Positions 26,698-36,332 of a stretch of 64,000 nt of DNA are shown here, piece by piece. The notes below the pieces were generated by a model. It saw nothing but the letters and a program-made list of their open reading frames with translations, searched no databases and was not told the DNA's origin. Positions within the stretch are counted from its first letter, which is position 1. Every line of letters begins with the position of its first letter. The translations under genes and the position numbers were made by a program. The stretch lies in sequence record NC_061450.1; one strand, written 5' to 3'.

Positions 26698-27210
26698 ATG
26701 TTTTCTAAAATCGCTGTTGTATCTGCCTACCTCGCTATTGCTACCGCTGCCTCTCAAATGGCTCTCGCCACCGGCGTTTCAAATCTCACCGACCTTAGTC
26801 GCGAGATTGCGCTGTCTCAGCCCACGTACACAATCACTTCCGAAATGGACAGTGACTGCAAGGCGCACTTCAAGGGCAATGAACAACTCCGTAAAGCTAA
26901 TCTCGTTTTCGCCACCAGCAAGTCAACCATCGACAGTTATCCTGCATGGCCTCTGGTTTGCAGCTACGCAGTTATGTCCGACAAAGTCGCTGTAACTGAT
27001 CTGGGCCGTGGTGATCGTCAAATTGATTTCCAGCGCGTCACAGACAGCAAGCCGTATCTGAGTATCATCCTCCAGCAAGTTACTGATGGTGAGGACGATA
27101 CTGACTATCAAATGGTAATGATGAACAATCAGAGCCTGATGGAATACTCACGCCAGAAGCGTGTTATGACTCTGATGCTGGACCAGTACAAACACGTAGT
27201 TGGCGAATAA
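26698..27210 (+). CDS. secreted/periplasmic hypothetical protein
   Basis: Signal-peptide-like MFSKIAVVSAYLAIATAASQMALA. Confidence 0.75.
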   Translation: MFSKIAVVSAYLAIATAASQMALATGVSNLTDLSREIALSQPTYTITSEMDSDCKAHFKGNEQLRKANLVFATSKSTIDSYPAWPLVCSYAVMSDKVAVTDLGRGDRQIDFQRVTDSKPYLSIILQQVTDGEDDTDYQMVMMNNQSLMEYSRQKRVMTLMLDQYKHVVGE

Positions 27211-27220
27211 GGAGAATATC

Positions 27221-28171
27221 ATGTTCCATAACGTTAACACCAAAACCGTAACTGATTTCCCTGATCGCGTACTGCTTGAGCAACGCATTCGTCCTGTTGT
27301 TGAAGGACTGAATACCGGCCTTGACGTTCACATCAAGATATTCTCATGCGAGTGGCTGGTACCAGTCGATCACAATACAGGTGAGTTTCTTCGCGTAGAA
27401 GACGTGCTGCGTTTACTGCGCCGTAGCGTGGGCAACAAAGAACAAGGTGTTGGCACTGATCAGCACGCACGAAACTTCCTGCATCAGGTTAAAGATAGTC
27501 TCAGCATTGGACGCGCAACGCTGTATTCTCGTTATGCTCGCAGCCTGATGGCCAATTGCCTGCGTCGTCTGAACCCAAGCTATGACCATGTGTCACTGAT
27601 TCAGATGGGTGACTACAACGTTCTGTACTTTGCCAACTCAGACAGTGAAGGCCGGCATGACGCCTCGTATAATGTGATTGGTTTGCTGTGTCCTCATGTA
27701 GAGCCTGACTGGCGTATGGATGACTTCTGCCGTCGCGAAGTTCAGCTTTATCAACATGACCTGTATGGGGATCGGGGTCGTCCTTCACAGGAAGAATATG
27801 TCCGAGAGAAAGGCTTTGATGAAATGTCGGACAGTGAACTGCGTGAACATGCCTATCGTCTAAGCACGTTCGCCTGCCTCAACTCGTATCATCGTCTGAC
27901 ACGACAAGGCACGTATGCATTGCTGTATTCGTATGCGTTTGGTATACGCCCTCGACCAAACTTGTCGATTGAAGATCGCCTGACGATCTTGCCTCAGCGA
28001 ATCCAAGATAAGAAAGTGACGGTTCAAGAGGCATTCTATTGGTTCCGCGTGCTGGGATGTAATCACGCGGTTGCATTACAGGATAGCTGGCGTGATGCCT
28101 ATCGCAGCCTGTTGTTGACCCAAGTTCTTGAGTACGTGGAATATGCAGGCAAAGCTAAAACAACAGATTAA
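27221..28171 (+). CDS. hypothetical protein
   Basis: AAGGAG SD; 316 aa. Confidence 0.85.
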   Translation: MFHNVNTKTVTDFPDRVLLEQRIRPVVEGLNTGLDVHIKIFSCEWLVPVDHNTGEFLRVEDVLRLLRRSVGNKEQGVGTDQHARNFLHQVKDSLSIGRATLYSRYARSLMANCLRRLNPSYDHVSLIQMGDYNVLYFANSDSEGRHDASYNVIGLLCPHVEPDWRMDDFCRREVQLYQHDLYGDRGRPSQEEYVREKGFDEMSDSELREHAYRLSTFACLNSYHRLTRQGTYALLYSYAFGIRPRPNLSIEDRLTILPQRIQDKKVTVQEAFYWFRVLGCNHAVALQDSWRDAYRSLLLTQVLEYVEYAGKAKTTD

Positions 28172-28475
28172 GCACAAGGCTCACGCCGCGTCTGGAACGC
28201 ATGTGGTGTATCAAGATGAGATACACCAGTTCGATAGCTTGATCACAACTCTGCGATTGGCTGTTGAGACCAATCCCAACATCAACAATAAAAAGTTTGC
28301 GCGTGTTGTGCGAGACCTTATTAACAACAATCAGTATGGCACTTCGGAAGAGGTGCTTGCTGTGTTGGTAGTGCTGTATAAAAGCTCCAACCCCCTTCGA
28401 GACTTTGCAAAGCTCAGTGAAGATGCCTTGCTGTCTCGCGACGATGACAAACAGATAATGGTGGACATAGACTGA
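28143..28475 (+). CDS. hypothetical protein
   Basis: Operon position. Confidence 0.7.
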   Translation: MQAKLKQQIKHKAHAASGTHVVYQDEIHQFDSLITTLRLAVETNPNINNKKFARVVRDLINNNQYGTSEEVLAVLVVLYKSSNPLRDFAKLSEDALLSRDDDKQIMVDID

Positions 28476-29815
28476 TGGCTAAAAAACCGAATAACCTGAA
28501 TGAAAAAACAATGCGCGAACGTGAGAATGCCGCGTACAAGACGCTGGTTGACCAAGCGGTTGATTGGGATACCTTGCGTGCCCGTGCTCGTAATCGTCTG
28601 AGTGGCCTGATGCTTAGCCGTGAGGATATCGGTCATGGTCGTGCTGACCACAGCCTGATGCTGCTGGCAGCTTTGTGGCATATCACTCCACGTTCAATGC
28701 GTACATCCAGTTTTCCTGAGACTCGCATTCGTCAGTTTGGCGGCGAAGTCAAAGAGACTGTACCTGTGCATCAACTGTTTCCACCGATTGCAGTGCGTCG
28801 TGCCTGTGTAGTTGCTGCGTCACTGGAGCAGAGCCTGCTGGTTATCAAAGACCACTTGGGAGAACTGCTGACTGGCAACTACTACGACAAAGCCGTGTGG
28901 CGCTACACCAGTCTGCCTATCAGCCAAGCAATTCCCAACTTCTGGCCTCACATCTATGGCATCTTGGGTAACATTGCTATCACACGCCACGCAACACTCA
29001 ACGGCCAGGAGCTGGACTTGAACTGCACTGTTGACCTGTTAGCCAATTCTGTACGTCACTATTTTGCTACACATGGTCTGGCCGACTCGCTCAAGATCGA
29101 CGACATGAATGTTGTGGACGACGTAACTATCTCACTGTTCCTGACAGATGACCTTCGTGGTCTACGTGTTCGCAGCGTGCCTCTGTTCCGCAACATTTAC
29201 GATACTGACAACGATAGCGGTTATGCATCTGCGGCGTTTGATGCGATTGAGTCTCCGTATCGCAATGTAACTCGTCCAGACCAAGTTGATCCAGATGTGG
29301 ACGATGAAGAGGACGATTTTGACGACGTTACCTTCCTCAGTGCTTACCTTACTTCCAAATCTGAAAACGCTCCAGATGTGAATGAGATTCGCGGTGTGTT
29401 TCTTCCACAAGTAGATGGTACACCTGTTGTGCAGACGATTCAGTTCCGTAACACCAGCAAGTCTTCCCTGTTTCAAGACGTTGAAGACTTGGCGAGTATT
29501 GGATTTAGTATTGTGTGGCGTACACAGGAACACTGTGTCCGTAACCTGCTGCCTCGCGAACTGCTGGAACTCAGTGCAGCCCTGTATGAAGTGGCGGAAA
29601 TCGATATCCCATCTGATACGGGATCTATGGGACCTCAGCCTGTTCGTGCTACGCGTGCTCGCAAGACTAAGGCCAGAAAATTGCTTAGCCGTACAGACAT
29701 GGCAAACCAGCTCATTTACGCCGGTGTTAAACATCGCTCAGCATTAAGTCACATGACTGACGATGAGGTGCGTGAACTCTACAATTCGTATAAGAGCCGC
29801 GACTCGGACATCTAA
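28475..29815 (+). CDS. hypothetical protein with C-terminal HeH-like module
   Basis: 446 aa; ends ..AGVKHRSALSHMTDDEVRELY. Confidence 0.85.
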   Translation: MAKKPNNLNEKTMRERENAAYKTLVDQAVDWDTLRARARNRLSGLMLSREDIGHGRADHSLMLLAALWHITPRSMRTSSFPETRIRQFGGEVKETVPVHQLFPPIAVRRACVVAASLEQSLLVIKDHLGELLTGNYYDKAVWRYTSLPISQAIPNFWPHIYGILGNIAITRHATLNGQELDLNCTVDLLANSVRHYFATHGLADSLKIDDMNVVDDVTISLFLTDDLRGLRVRSVPLFRNIYDTDNDSGYASAAFDAIESPYRNVTRPDQVDPDVDDEEDDFDDVTFLSAYLTSKSENAPDVNEIRGVFLPQVDGTPVVQTIQFRNTSKSSLFQDVEDLASIGFSIVWRTQEHCVRNLLPRELLELSAALYEVAEIDIPSDTGSMGPQPVRATRARKTKARKLLSRTDMANQLIYAGVKHRSALSHMTDDEVRELYNSYKSRDSDI

Positions 29816-29819
29816 TCTG

Positions 29820-29871
29820 CAAATCTGTGGACGAAACACAGCTAGTAGCAAACGCCAGTCTGTGATATACT
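29820..29871 (+). promoter_or_regulatory. sigma70-type early promoter with upstream element
   Basis: CAAAT-CTG-TGGACGAAAC; TGa-TATACT at 29866. Confidence 0.7.
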
Positions 29872-29953
29872 AGCTGTGCAGCATCGTCGCTGCATACTAC
29901 ACTATAGCTCTCGAAGCTATCAACGCGAAAGCGTTTTATGAAGGACTATTCAG

Positions 29954-30250
29954 ATGGCAATTTCTCGCAAAAAAGCAGTTGATTCGATGACCAAGGTTTA
30001 CAGCGCAAATCACGGCCGTTACCAAGTAATGTTGATGAAAGAAGACATGGGACCTGAGTCCTTGTTTCCTTTTCGTGAGCATGTAATTGCCGACATTCAG
30101 CGCGGACGTAATCCTCAGGATGTTGTAGACAACATGGTTGAAGCGGCTATTCGTACAACACTGTTGGAACGACGCATGTCCAATGCGTACAACCCTCAGT
30201 TGCGTGACGTTATATCCGACGAAGTCCGTGATCTGTTAAATCAACTGTAA
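29954..30250 (+). CDS. hypothetical protein
   Basis: AAGGA SD. Confidence 0.8.
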   Translation: MAISRKKAVDSMTKVYSANHGRYQVMLMKEDMGPESLFPFREHVIADIQRGRNPQDVVDNMVEAAIRTTLLERRMSNAYNPQLRDVISDEVRDLLNQL

Positions 30251-30262
30251 GGAAATGCTGTA

Positions 30263-30826
30263 ATGAAAAAAGAAACAAAGAAGGCACTGTTAGCTGTGGG
30301 TGCAGGTGCTGCGACTGCCTGCGCTGTTGTGGGTGCAGTTGTGTTTTTAGGTCGCAGTGATTCAACGCATAATGCGTCTGTTATCACACACGGCTTGAAA
30401 GAGCTGGGCAAATTAGTTGGTGGTGATAGCATGTTGGCAGGTGTTGGTGTTGTAGCAACCGTACCTGTCGTTGCTGCCACTGCTGGTTATGGTGCAGGTC
30501 ACTTTGTATTTGATGAAGATACAATCAACAAAGCTGCCGGTACTCCTCCACCCGCTGCAACTAACCCTGATCCAGAACCACGTTTCTCTGAATACAACGA
30601 CATGACAGCCTTTGTCGATGCATTGCGTAAGTGGGAAGCACGCCAGCCTGATGCTGAGGAAGATATTGTTGCTCAGTATGATCGCTGGGAAGAGGCGCAA
30701 CGTGCGCGTCGTGCTTCACAGCCTGTGCATCCGATGTATAAAGGCAAGGTAGTTTCGCTGGACGAAGCCCGTCGCATAAATGTTCTCGATTTTATCGACG
30801 AAGATGATCTGGACGAAGCAATCTAA
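30263..30826 (+). CDS. Gly/Ala-rich membrane-associated protein
   Basis: Two Gly/Ala-rich hydrophobic segments. Confidence 0.75.
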   Translation: MKKETKKALLAVGAGAATACAVVGAVVFLGRSDSTHNASVITHGLKELGKLVGGDSMLAGVGVVATVPVVAATAGYGAGHFVFDEDTINKAAGTPPPAATNPDPEPRFSEYNDMTAFVDALRKWEARQPDAEEDIVAQYDRWEEAQRARRASQPVHPMYKGKVVSLDEARRINVLDFIDEDDLDEAI

Positions 30827-30834
30827 ACATTCTT

Positions 30835-30860
30835 GGGCAGCCTTGCGGGTCTGCCCTTTT
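30835..30860 (+). terminator. intrinsic terminator
   Basis: GGGCAG..CTGCCC-TTTT. Confidence 0.7.
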
Positions 30861-30882
30861 CAACACTAGGGAAAAACAAACT

Positions 30883-31485
30883 GTGAACAATTCAAAGGAA
30901 CTTGTTATGGACTGGATGGCGCTGTACTTATTTACTAATGTGCGTGCGGCACTTAATGTAGGCAAAAAAGCCGGTGCACCGCCAGAAGAGATCTGGAAGG
31001 CTTGCTACTCCTCTCAGATGCGTGCGCGTGATTCCATCGACAATCCAAACAACACGCAGCCTGTATCAGAAGGCACCCGTGCGCTTGTTAGCGGTCTGCA
31101 TCAGGCACTGTTCCCAATGGGAGACTCAATGACTTTCTCCCAGCGCCTGATGATGCTTGAATTGTTCATCGAAGAAGAGATCTCAAAGTGTCTCGGCGGT
31201 AAGTACCTGTGGCCTCACATGTACACGGCTGAACACTTGCAGGCTCTGGGATTTCAAGAAACGGAACTCCCAGGATTCTATCGGGTACCTTATTACTTGA
31301 TCGATAACCTGTCGCGTAATGTTATGTTGTTTGATGCTGGTGGTCAGGTTACAACAACTATTGAAGCTGCTGAACCCAAGTCTGGTTATGTACCGGATGA
31401 TAGCGGTATGCTGCCTTTCGGTATGTGGGCGCTTGGTCAGATGCCTGATCAGCATAAAGAAAATTTCTTTTTGGAGAATCTTTGA
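30883..31485 (+). CDS. hypothetical protein
   Basis: AGGGA SD; GTG start. Confidence 0.8.
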   Translation: MNNSKELVMDWMALYLFTNVRAALNVGKKAGAPPEEIWKACYSSQMRARDSIDNPNNTQPVSEGTRALVSGLHQALFPMGDSMTFSQRLMMLELFIEEEISKCLGGKYLWPHMYTAEHLQALGFQETELPGFYRVPYYLIDNLSRNVMLFDAGGQVTTTIEAAEPKSGYVPDDSGMLPFGMWALGQMPDQHKENFFLENL

Positions 31486-31919
31486 TGGGCGTAGTTAAAG
31501 GTATTGATGCAAACAGCTTTCCTGCTCAGTCGCGTGACGTTGGTGTTAAGTCACTGCTTGAGACGCGGCGTGGTAATTTTCCTGCTGTTGCTGTTCGTCG
31601 TGACCGTGATGACCCAAACGATGTTATCTGGCGTATTGACGGTGAGACTTTGCCTCTGAGTATGAACTTTGGCCCAGACCAGCACGCTTTCATTTCACAG
31701 CGTGTCATGGATGAATATCCAGATGAGCAGTTCATTCGTGAGCGCCCTGAATACTGCAGGGAAGGCAAAACAACTCAAATCGGATTTCACTACGGTGACT
31801 ATGCCTGTGAAGGTGTTTTCGTTTATGATCGAGGTCCGTTCACTGTCTTCCGTATCACGTCGGGTGCGCATGAAGGTCGCTATATCGGCGCACACGAATG
31901 CCAGTATAAACACGTTTGA
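31485..31919 (+). CDS. hypothetical protein
   Basis: GGAG SD; TGATG coupling. Confidence 0.8.
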   Translation: MGVVKGIDANSFPAQSRDVGVKSLLETRRGNFPAVAVRRDRDDPNDVIWRIDGETLPLSMNFGPDQHAFISQRVMDEYPDEQFIRERPEYCREGKTTQIGFHYGDYACEGVFVYDRGPFTVFRITSGAHEGRYIGAHECQYKHV

Positions 31920-31929
31920 GGGCAGTCTA

Positions 31930-32190
31930 ATGGTTATAACCAACCGCGATAAATTCAGAAAGCTGTTTGCCGATGACAACACGCATTACGTTAGTCTTAT
32001 GACAGCCGACGGTCAGGGCCAAGATGTTGGCTACATGAACTCACCACTCGAAGTACAGGCTGCCGTGCTTAACTTTGCCTACTCTCGTGGTGTGAATCGA
32101 GTCACAGCGACTTTTGGTCGCAACGTTATGGCGGACCCAGATGTGATCCTGGTGTTCCATGTTAGCTACGACGTTAAGATTGAGGATTGA
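31930..32190 (+). CDS. hypothetical protein
   Basis: GAGG SD. Confidence 0.7.
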   Translation: MVITNRDKFRKLFADDNTHYVSLMTADGQGQDVGYMNSPLEVQAAVLNFAYSRGVNRVTATFGRNVMADPDVILVFHVSYDVKIED

Positions 32191-32192
32191 TC

Positions 32193-32381
32193 ATGAGTAT
32201 CTATAAAATCCTTATCATTACCAGCCGAGAGAACAACAACGTTGGTGGTGTTGGTGTTAGTCAAATTGTTGTTGACTACCCGAACAAGTCCGCTGCTGAT
32301 GAAGCGGCACGAAACCTTAAATTCGCTCAGGATGAAAACAAAACTGGGCCTCATACTGTCACAATGATCAAACTGTATTAA
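32193..32381 (+). CDS. hypothetical protein
   Basis: GAGGA SD. Confidence 0.7.
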   Translation: MSIYKILIITSRENNNVGGVGVSQIVVDYPNKSAADEAARNLKFAQDENKTGPHTVTMIKLY

Positions 32382-32390
32382 GGAACAAAG

Positions 32391-32894
32391 ATGCAGATTC
32401 AAATCCAACCAACTGGCAACATCGAAAACTTCATCGCACCGAAGCGCGGCTCAGCCCATGCTGCTGGTCTGGATATCTTTGCTCAGGAAGATATGCTTAT
32501 CAGCGAAGAGACCCATCTGTTTGACCTGGGTTTCAAAGCAGCACTGATCTGTCCTGAAGGTACCAACTATGTTGCTGTGCTGGTACCACGCTCAGGCTCA
32601 GGCGCCAAGTACAACGTGCAACTGTCTAACACTCTGGGTGTTATCGACAGCGACTATCGCGGTGAGTGGAAAGCAGCTATCCACCTCGGTGGTAAAGGTA
32701 CAGAGAAAAAATCTCTGGAGCACTGGAACGGCGAACGCTATGTCAACACTCTTGAGTTCAAACGTGGTGAAGCTATCTGCCAGATGATCTTTATCGAAGT
32801 ACCTCTGGTCGATGTGCTGGTCAGCGCAGACGAACTGCCTGAGACTGGCCGTGGTGATGGTGGCTTTGGTTCTACCGACAAGCCACGCGTTTAA
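32391..32894 (+). CDS. dut: trimeric dUTPase
   Basis: AAGLDI; PRSGSG; GVIDSDYRGEW; AICQMIF; TGRGDGGFGST. Confidence 0.95.
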   Translation: MQIQIQPTGNIENFIAPKRGSAHAAGLDIFAQEDMLISEETHLFDLGFKAALICPEGTNYVAVLVPRSGSGAKYNVQLSNTLGVIDSDYRGEWKAAIHLGGKGTEKKSLEHWNGERYVNTLEFKRGEAICQMIFIEVPLVDVLVSADELPETGRGDGGFGSTDKPRV

Positions 32895-32984
32895 GCATTA
32901 TCTGATACCGTGCGTCTTGCGGGGCGCACGTACTCCGTTACTAATTTCACCAATCGGTGTAAATATGAGTATTGAGACGAGACT

Positions 32985-33296
32985 ATGCCAAAAAAGTATT
33001 TACTGCCGAGAGAACGTCCAAGCCCACTTGTGAATCTCAGGGCCTATTTGCTGCATTGTGCCAAGAAGCCCAATGACCACCGTGAGGTGTTTAAGCATTA
33101 CTACCAAAAGAGTCAGCGCCTGCTACACAAACAGCGCTTCTTCCTAGGTAACTTGTTTGGTCACAAGTTAAAGACCAAGAAAGGCGCAGTTCGTTATACA
33201 GTGATTTGGATTGATCCATATAACTTCGACTGCTTAGTATTAGACCACGTGGAGAAGCTGCCCAAATTCAAAAACCTTTACGGCCTGATTCTTTAG
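32985..33296 (+). CDS. hypothetical basic protein
   Basis: 103 aa ORF. Confidence 0.65.
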   Translation: MPKKYLLPRERPSPLVNLRAYLLHCAKKPNDHREVFKHYYQKSQRLLHKQRFFLGNLFGHKLKTKKGAVRYTVIWIDPYNFDCLVLDHVEKLPKFKNLYGLIL

Positions 33297-33336
33297 ACAG
33301 GTCCTAGCGCCGATTTCACTAGGAGACACTTCTTCA

Positions 33337-34008
33337 ATGGTAACTATCATCAACAATCGCACCGACGAGGTAATAAGACGCCTGAACGTCACCATCTGGA
33401 CACTAGCTGCTATGCTGTTCTGTTTCTACAGCGTTGTGGTCAGCTATCAGGCAAACGCAAGTCTTTCGACTGAACCCAACAACAATATCTCCCTACAAGA
33501 CTCGGTATCATTGGACCCTGCCAACCGAGTTGCATTACAGGTGTTAGAAAGACAGGAGCGACAGCGAGAAGCTAAACGCGCCTTAGCCGCATCACCAAGT
33601 CACAAGCGGCTCAATGCTATTTATTCACATTTACCGCGGCCCAAAGACCTTGGCCTTGAATTTGATCGCGCTGCCAAGAAGTACAACGTAAGCGCAAGAT
33701 TGCTGCTGTCAATGTGTGTCGCAGAGTCTCATCTAGGCGTTAGGAAACGCAACAGTAGTGGGGCAACAGGCATTTGTCAGATCATTCCGTCTCAACACGG
33801 AACAACGGCCCGAGCCATGTACGATTATCGCAAGAACATCGACTTGGCAGCCAAAATACTCAGTGACTACTCAAAGCAGTGTGGGGGTCAGTGGTGTGCA
33901 GTGCAAGCCTACAATGTGGGAATCACAGCATACAAGAAAGGCGTAAGAGCAAGAGGCTACTTAGCTACGGTTAAGCAGGAATACAACAAACAAATCAGGT
34001 CCATCTGA
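33337..34008 (+). CDS. soluble lytic transglycosylase (SLT/GH23) with N-terminal membrane segment
   Basis: CVAES (catalytic Glu); GATGICQI; NIDLAAKIL; AVQAYNVG. Confidence 0.85.
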   Translation: MVTIINNRTDEVIRRLNVTIWTLAAMLFCFYSVVVSYQANASLSTEPNNNISLQDSVSLDPANRVALQVLERQERQREAKRALAASPSHKRLNAIYSHLPRPKDLGLEFDRAAKKYNVSARLLLSMCVAESHLGVRKRNSSGATGICQIIPSQHGTTARAMYDYRKNIDLAAKILSDYSKQCGGQWCAVQAYNVGITAYKKGVRARGYLATVKQEYNKQIRSI

Positions 34009-34018
34009 GGAGCAACGA

Positions 34019-34654
34019 ATGAAAATCAATTTAGAACAACTCTATTTGTTACAGTGTGAAGTCCTGCGTCCATTTTCACCAACTCAGGAATTTGCGTTAC
34101 TCAATCTCGTGGTCGATAACGTTAGCGAAGCCGAGCTGGAAGAGTTTGGTGCTGATGTTGTTCAGGCTTTCCCGCACATGCAACGTCTGTACTCAGGCTT
34201 TATCAATGCCAGCCAGAACATCCCTAACATCATGCCTTTCGCCGTGCCTGTCATGGACAGTGAAAGCGCATTGCAAGATGTTCTTGCCGACACCGAGACT
34301 GGACTTAACTTGAGTCCTGCATTGATTGGCATTCTTACTCGGGCCTGTAGTCGTGTTCCTGTTGCCGAGCCTCACGTTGATGAACTCAACTTTCCTGTTG
34401 AGCACGCGCCTGCACTGACACCTGAGATCATTGCTCAGTTGGCATTGTCTGCTATTCGTTATGGCTTGGCACCCATCGTTGTTCGTCCCACCAGAGAGCA
34501 ACGCAACAACCGTGCTAACTGGTCGCTGAATTGCTCTAAGCTGTTTGGCACAAAGTTCGTTGAAGAAAATCCACTATCGCCTACTCAGCGTCTTGAGTAT
34601 CGCGTTTGTGGTCGCAGCACTCTTGAGATTGCGCGTCTGCAATCTGTAAACTAA
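34019..34654 (+). CDS. hypothetical protein
   Basis: GAGGAG SD. Confidence 0.8.
   Translation: MKINLEQLYLLQCEVLRPFSPTQEFALLNLVVDNVSEAELEEFGADVVQAFPHMQRLYSGFINASQNIPNIMPFAVPVMDSESALQDVLADTETGLNLSPALIGILTRACSRVPVAEPHVDELNFPVEHAPALTPEIIAQLALSAIRYGLAPIVVRPTREQRNNRANWSLNCSKLFGTKFVEENPLSPTQRLEYRVCGRSTLEIARLQSVN
34641..34651 (+). promoter_or_regulatory. TGTA-core motif
   Basis: AATCTGTAAAC. Confidence 0.4.
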
Positions 34655-34665
34655 GCATGTCCATT

Positions 34666-34698
34666 GGGAGACTCTTCGGGGTCTCCCTTTTTACTTTT
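34666..34698 (+). terminator. UUCG hairpin plus U-tract
   Basis: GGGAGACTC-TTCG-GGGTCTCCC-TTTTTACTTTT. Confidence 0.7.
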
Positions 34699-34713
34699 CA
34701 CAGGAAAAACGAT

Positions 34714-35481
34714 ATGAATATTCAAGGCATGAACTTCTTCCAGCTCCAGCAAAAGATCGATGAAGTATTCGACCACGCTATCATGCATCTTGGCTTGGAG
34801 GAGATGTGGGAGTACGTTGTCAAGAACAACAAAAGTGGTAGCCACTATAACTATCACTCAACTCGCCACATGAAAGAAATGGCAACCATCGCCTACTGGT
34901 TGTTAAATCGCAGCTACTATCAACAGGCATTCCAAAGTCCCGACGCTATCTGGGCTTACGATCAATGCAAGGCAATGATGGCTGCCTGTCTGATTCACGA
35001 CATGAACCACAGTCTGGGCCGCAAAGACGACGATTACAATATCACTCAGGCAATTGATGCACTGATCGCCATGATGCAACAGCACCCTTACGCCTTGACC
35101 TTCCTCAGCGTGGACAGTGTGCAGATTGCAGAAGTGGAACGCAACATCCGTATCACGCGCTTCCCGTACTCAGACGACATGCAACCAAACACTATCTACC
35201 AGAAGTGCATTCGTGATGCGGACATCCTGTATTCAATGCAGGACTCTGCGGCTAAGGCTGTGGTAGATAACCTGCGCCTTGAAATGGGCATTCGCTTTGA
35301 CAAGTATCGTACCTGCACTCGTCAGGAGTTTATTGCAGACCGTATGCCGTTTATCAAGACCTGCAAGATGTTCACTCAAGCGGCGCAGGACGTTATGCGC
35401 CAGCAGCTTGAGTTCGGTGCGCATGAAGTTCACTTACTCTCGTATGCGGCTGATGCCGACGCTACTGATAACAGCAAATAA
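34714..35481 (+). CDS. HD-domain phosphohydrolase
   Basis: YHSTRH..., ACLIHDMNH, IRDADIL (H..HD..D pattern). Confidence 0.8.
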   Translation: MNIQGMNFFQLQQKIDEVFDHAIMHLGLEEMWEYVVKNNKSGSHYNYHSTRHMKEMATIAYWLLNRSYYQQAFQSPDAIWAYDQCKAMMAACLIHDMNHSLGRKDDDYNITQAIDALIAMMQQHPYALTFLSVDSVQIAEVERNIRITRFPYSDDMQPNTIYQKCIRDADILYSMQDSAAKAVVDNLRLEMGIRFDKYRTCTRQEFIADRMPFIKTCKMFTQAAQDVMRQQLEFGAHEVHLLSYAADADATDNSK

Positions 35482-35526
35482 CTGGCTATAATAGGCGTAG
35501 AATACGAGGTCTGCGCCTGATATAAT
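35475..35526 (+). promoter_or_regulatory. sigma70-type early promoter, variant upstream element
   Basis: CAAAT-AAC-TGGCTATAAT; TGa-TATAAT at 35521. Confidence 0.65.
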
Positions 35527-35555
35527 AAAAGCTCAACACAAAGAGGGCTTGCATA

Positions 35556-35756
35556 GTGGACATTCTTCTCACGTTGAGCAAGATGGGATTCTATGTGCTG
35601 GGCATGATAACGCTTGGTGCTCATCTTCTCACAATCGTTTATCGCACGATCAAGATTCATGATTGGCGTGCTAAACGAAAGGCTAAAAAGCCAAAGTCAC
35701 AACTTGATATTCTTCGCAAGCGTCTGGCTCGCCAGCGCAAATCAATTCTCCGTTAG
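35556..35756 (+). CDS. small membrane protein with basic tail
   Basis: N-terminal TM helix; K/R-rich C-terminus. Confidence 0.7.
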   Translation: MDILLTLSKMGFYVLGMITLGAHLLTIVYRTIKIHDWRAKRKAKKPKSQLDILRKRLARQRKSILR

Positions 35757-35764
35757 AGGTAAGT

Positions 35765-36331
35765 ATGAAAAAAGAACTCCGTGAAAATATGCGTAACGTG
35801 GCAGCCAACTATGAAGGCCGTGAAGAAACGCGCCGTCAAACAACGCTGATCGCCGAGACTATGTTTGGTGCCAGCCTGTTTCATTCTGGTCCAACCAGCC
35901 CCTTGTCCATGCGCAAGGATATCGTTAGCGTCCACGAAATCATCTTGATTCGTACCGAGCCGACCTATGCACGCCTGAATAAAGAACTGAACAAGTTGGG
36001 CTTCCGTACTGATTACTTGTCCGCCGATGTTAAAGGCTATGCGCAGTATGCCACCATGTACCTTCAGGAGATGGAACGTCACGTTCAGTGGGCAGATACA
36101 ATCTCAGCCCTGAACGAGGCAGATGTTCTCGAATGCGCATTCATTCCTGTGTATCTCGATCCACTCGGTGCGCGTGTGCTGGTATACACTCAAACCAGCT
36201 CCGTACACAATGCGGATGAAGTTGCGGAACTGCGTGACCTGTTCTTGGCAAAGAAAATGCCAGCGTATTTCAAATCCCACAATATGATCGTTGAAGCTGT
36301 TAACCCAATCTATGAGCGCAAGGAGAAGTAA
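35765..36331 (+). CDS. hypothetical protein
   Basis: GAGG SD. Confidence 0.8.
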   Translation: MKKELRENMRNVAANYEGREETRRQTTLIAETMFGASLFHSGPTSPLSMRKDIVSVHEIILIRTEPTYARLNKELNKLGFRTDYLSADVKGYAQYATMYLQEMERHVQWADTISALNEADVLECAFIPVYLDPLGARVLVYTQTSSVHNADEVAELRDLFLAKKMPAYFKSHNMIVEAVNPIYERKEK

Positions 36332-36332
36332 C

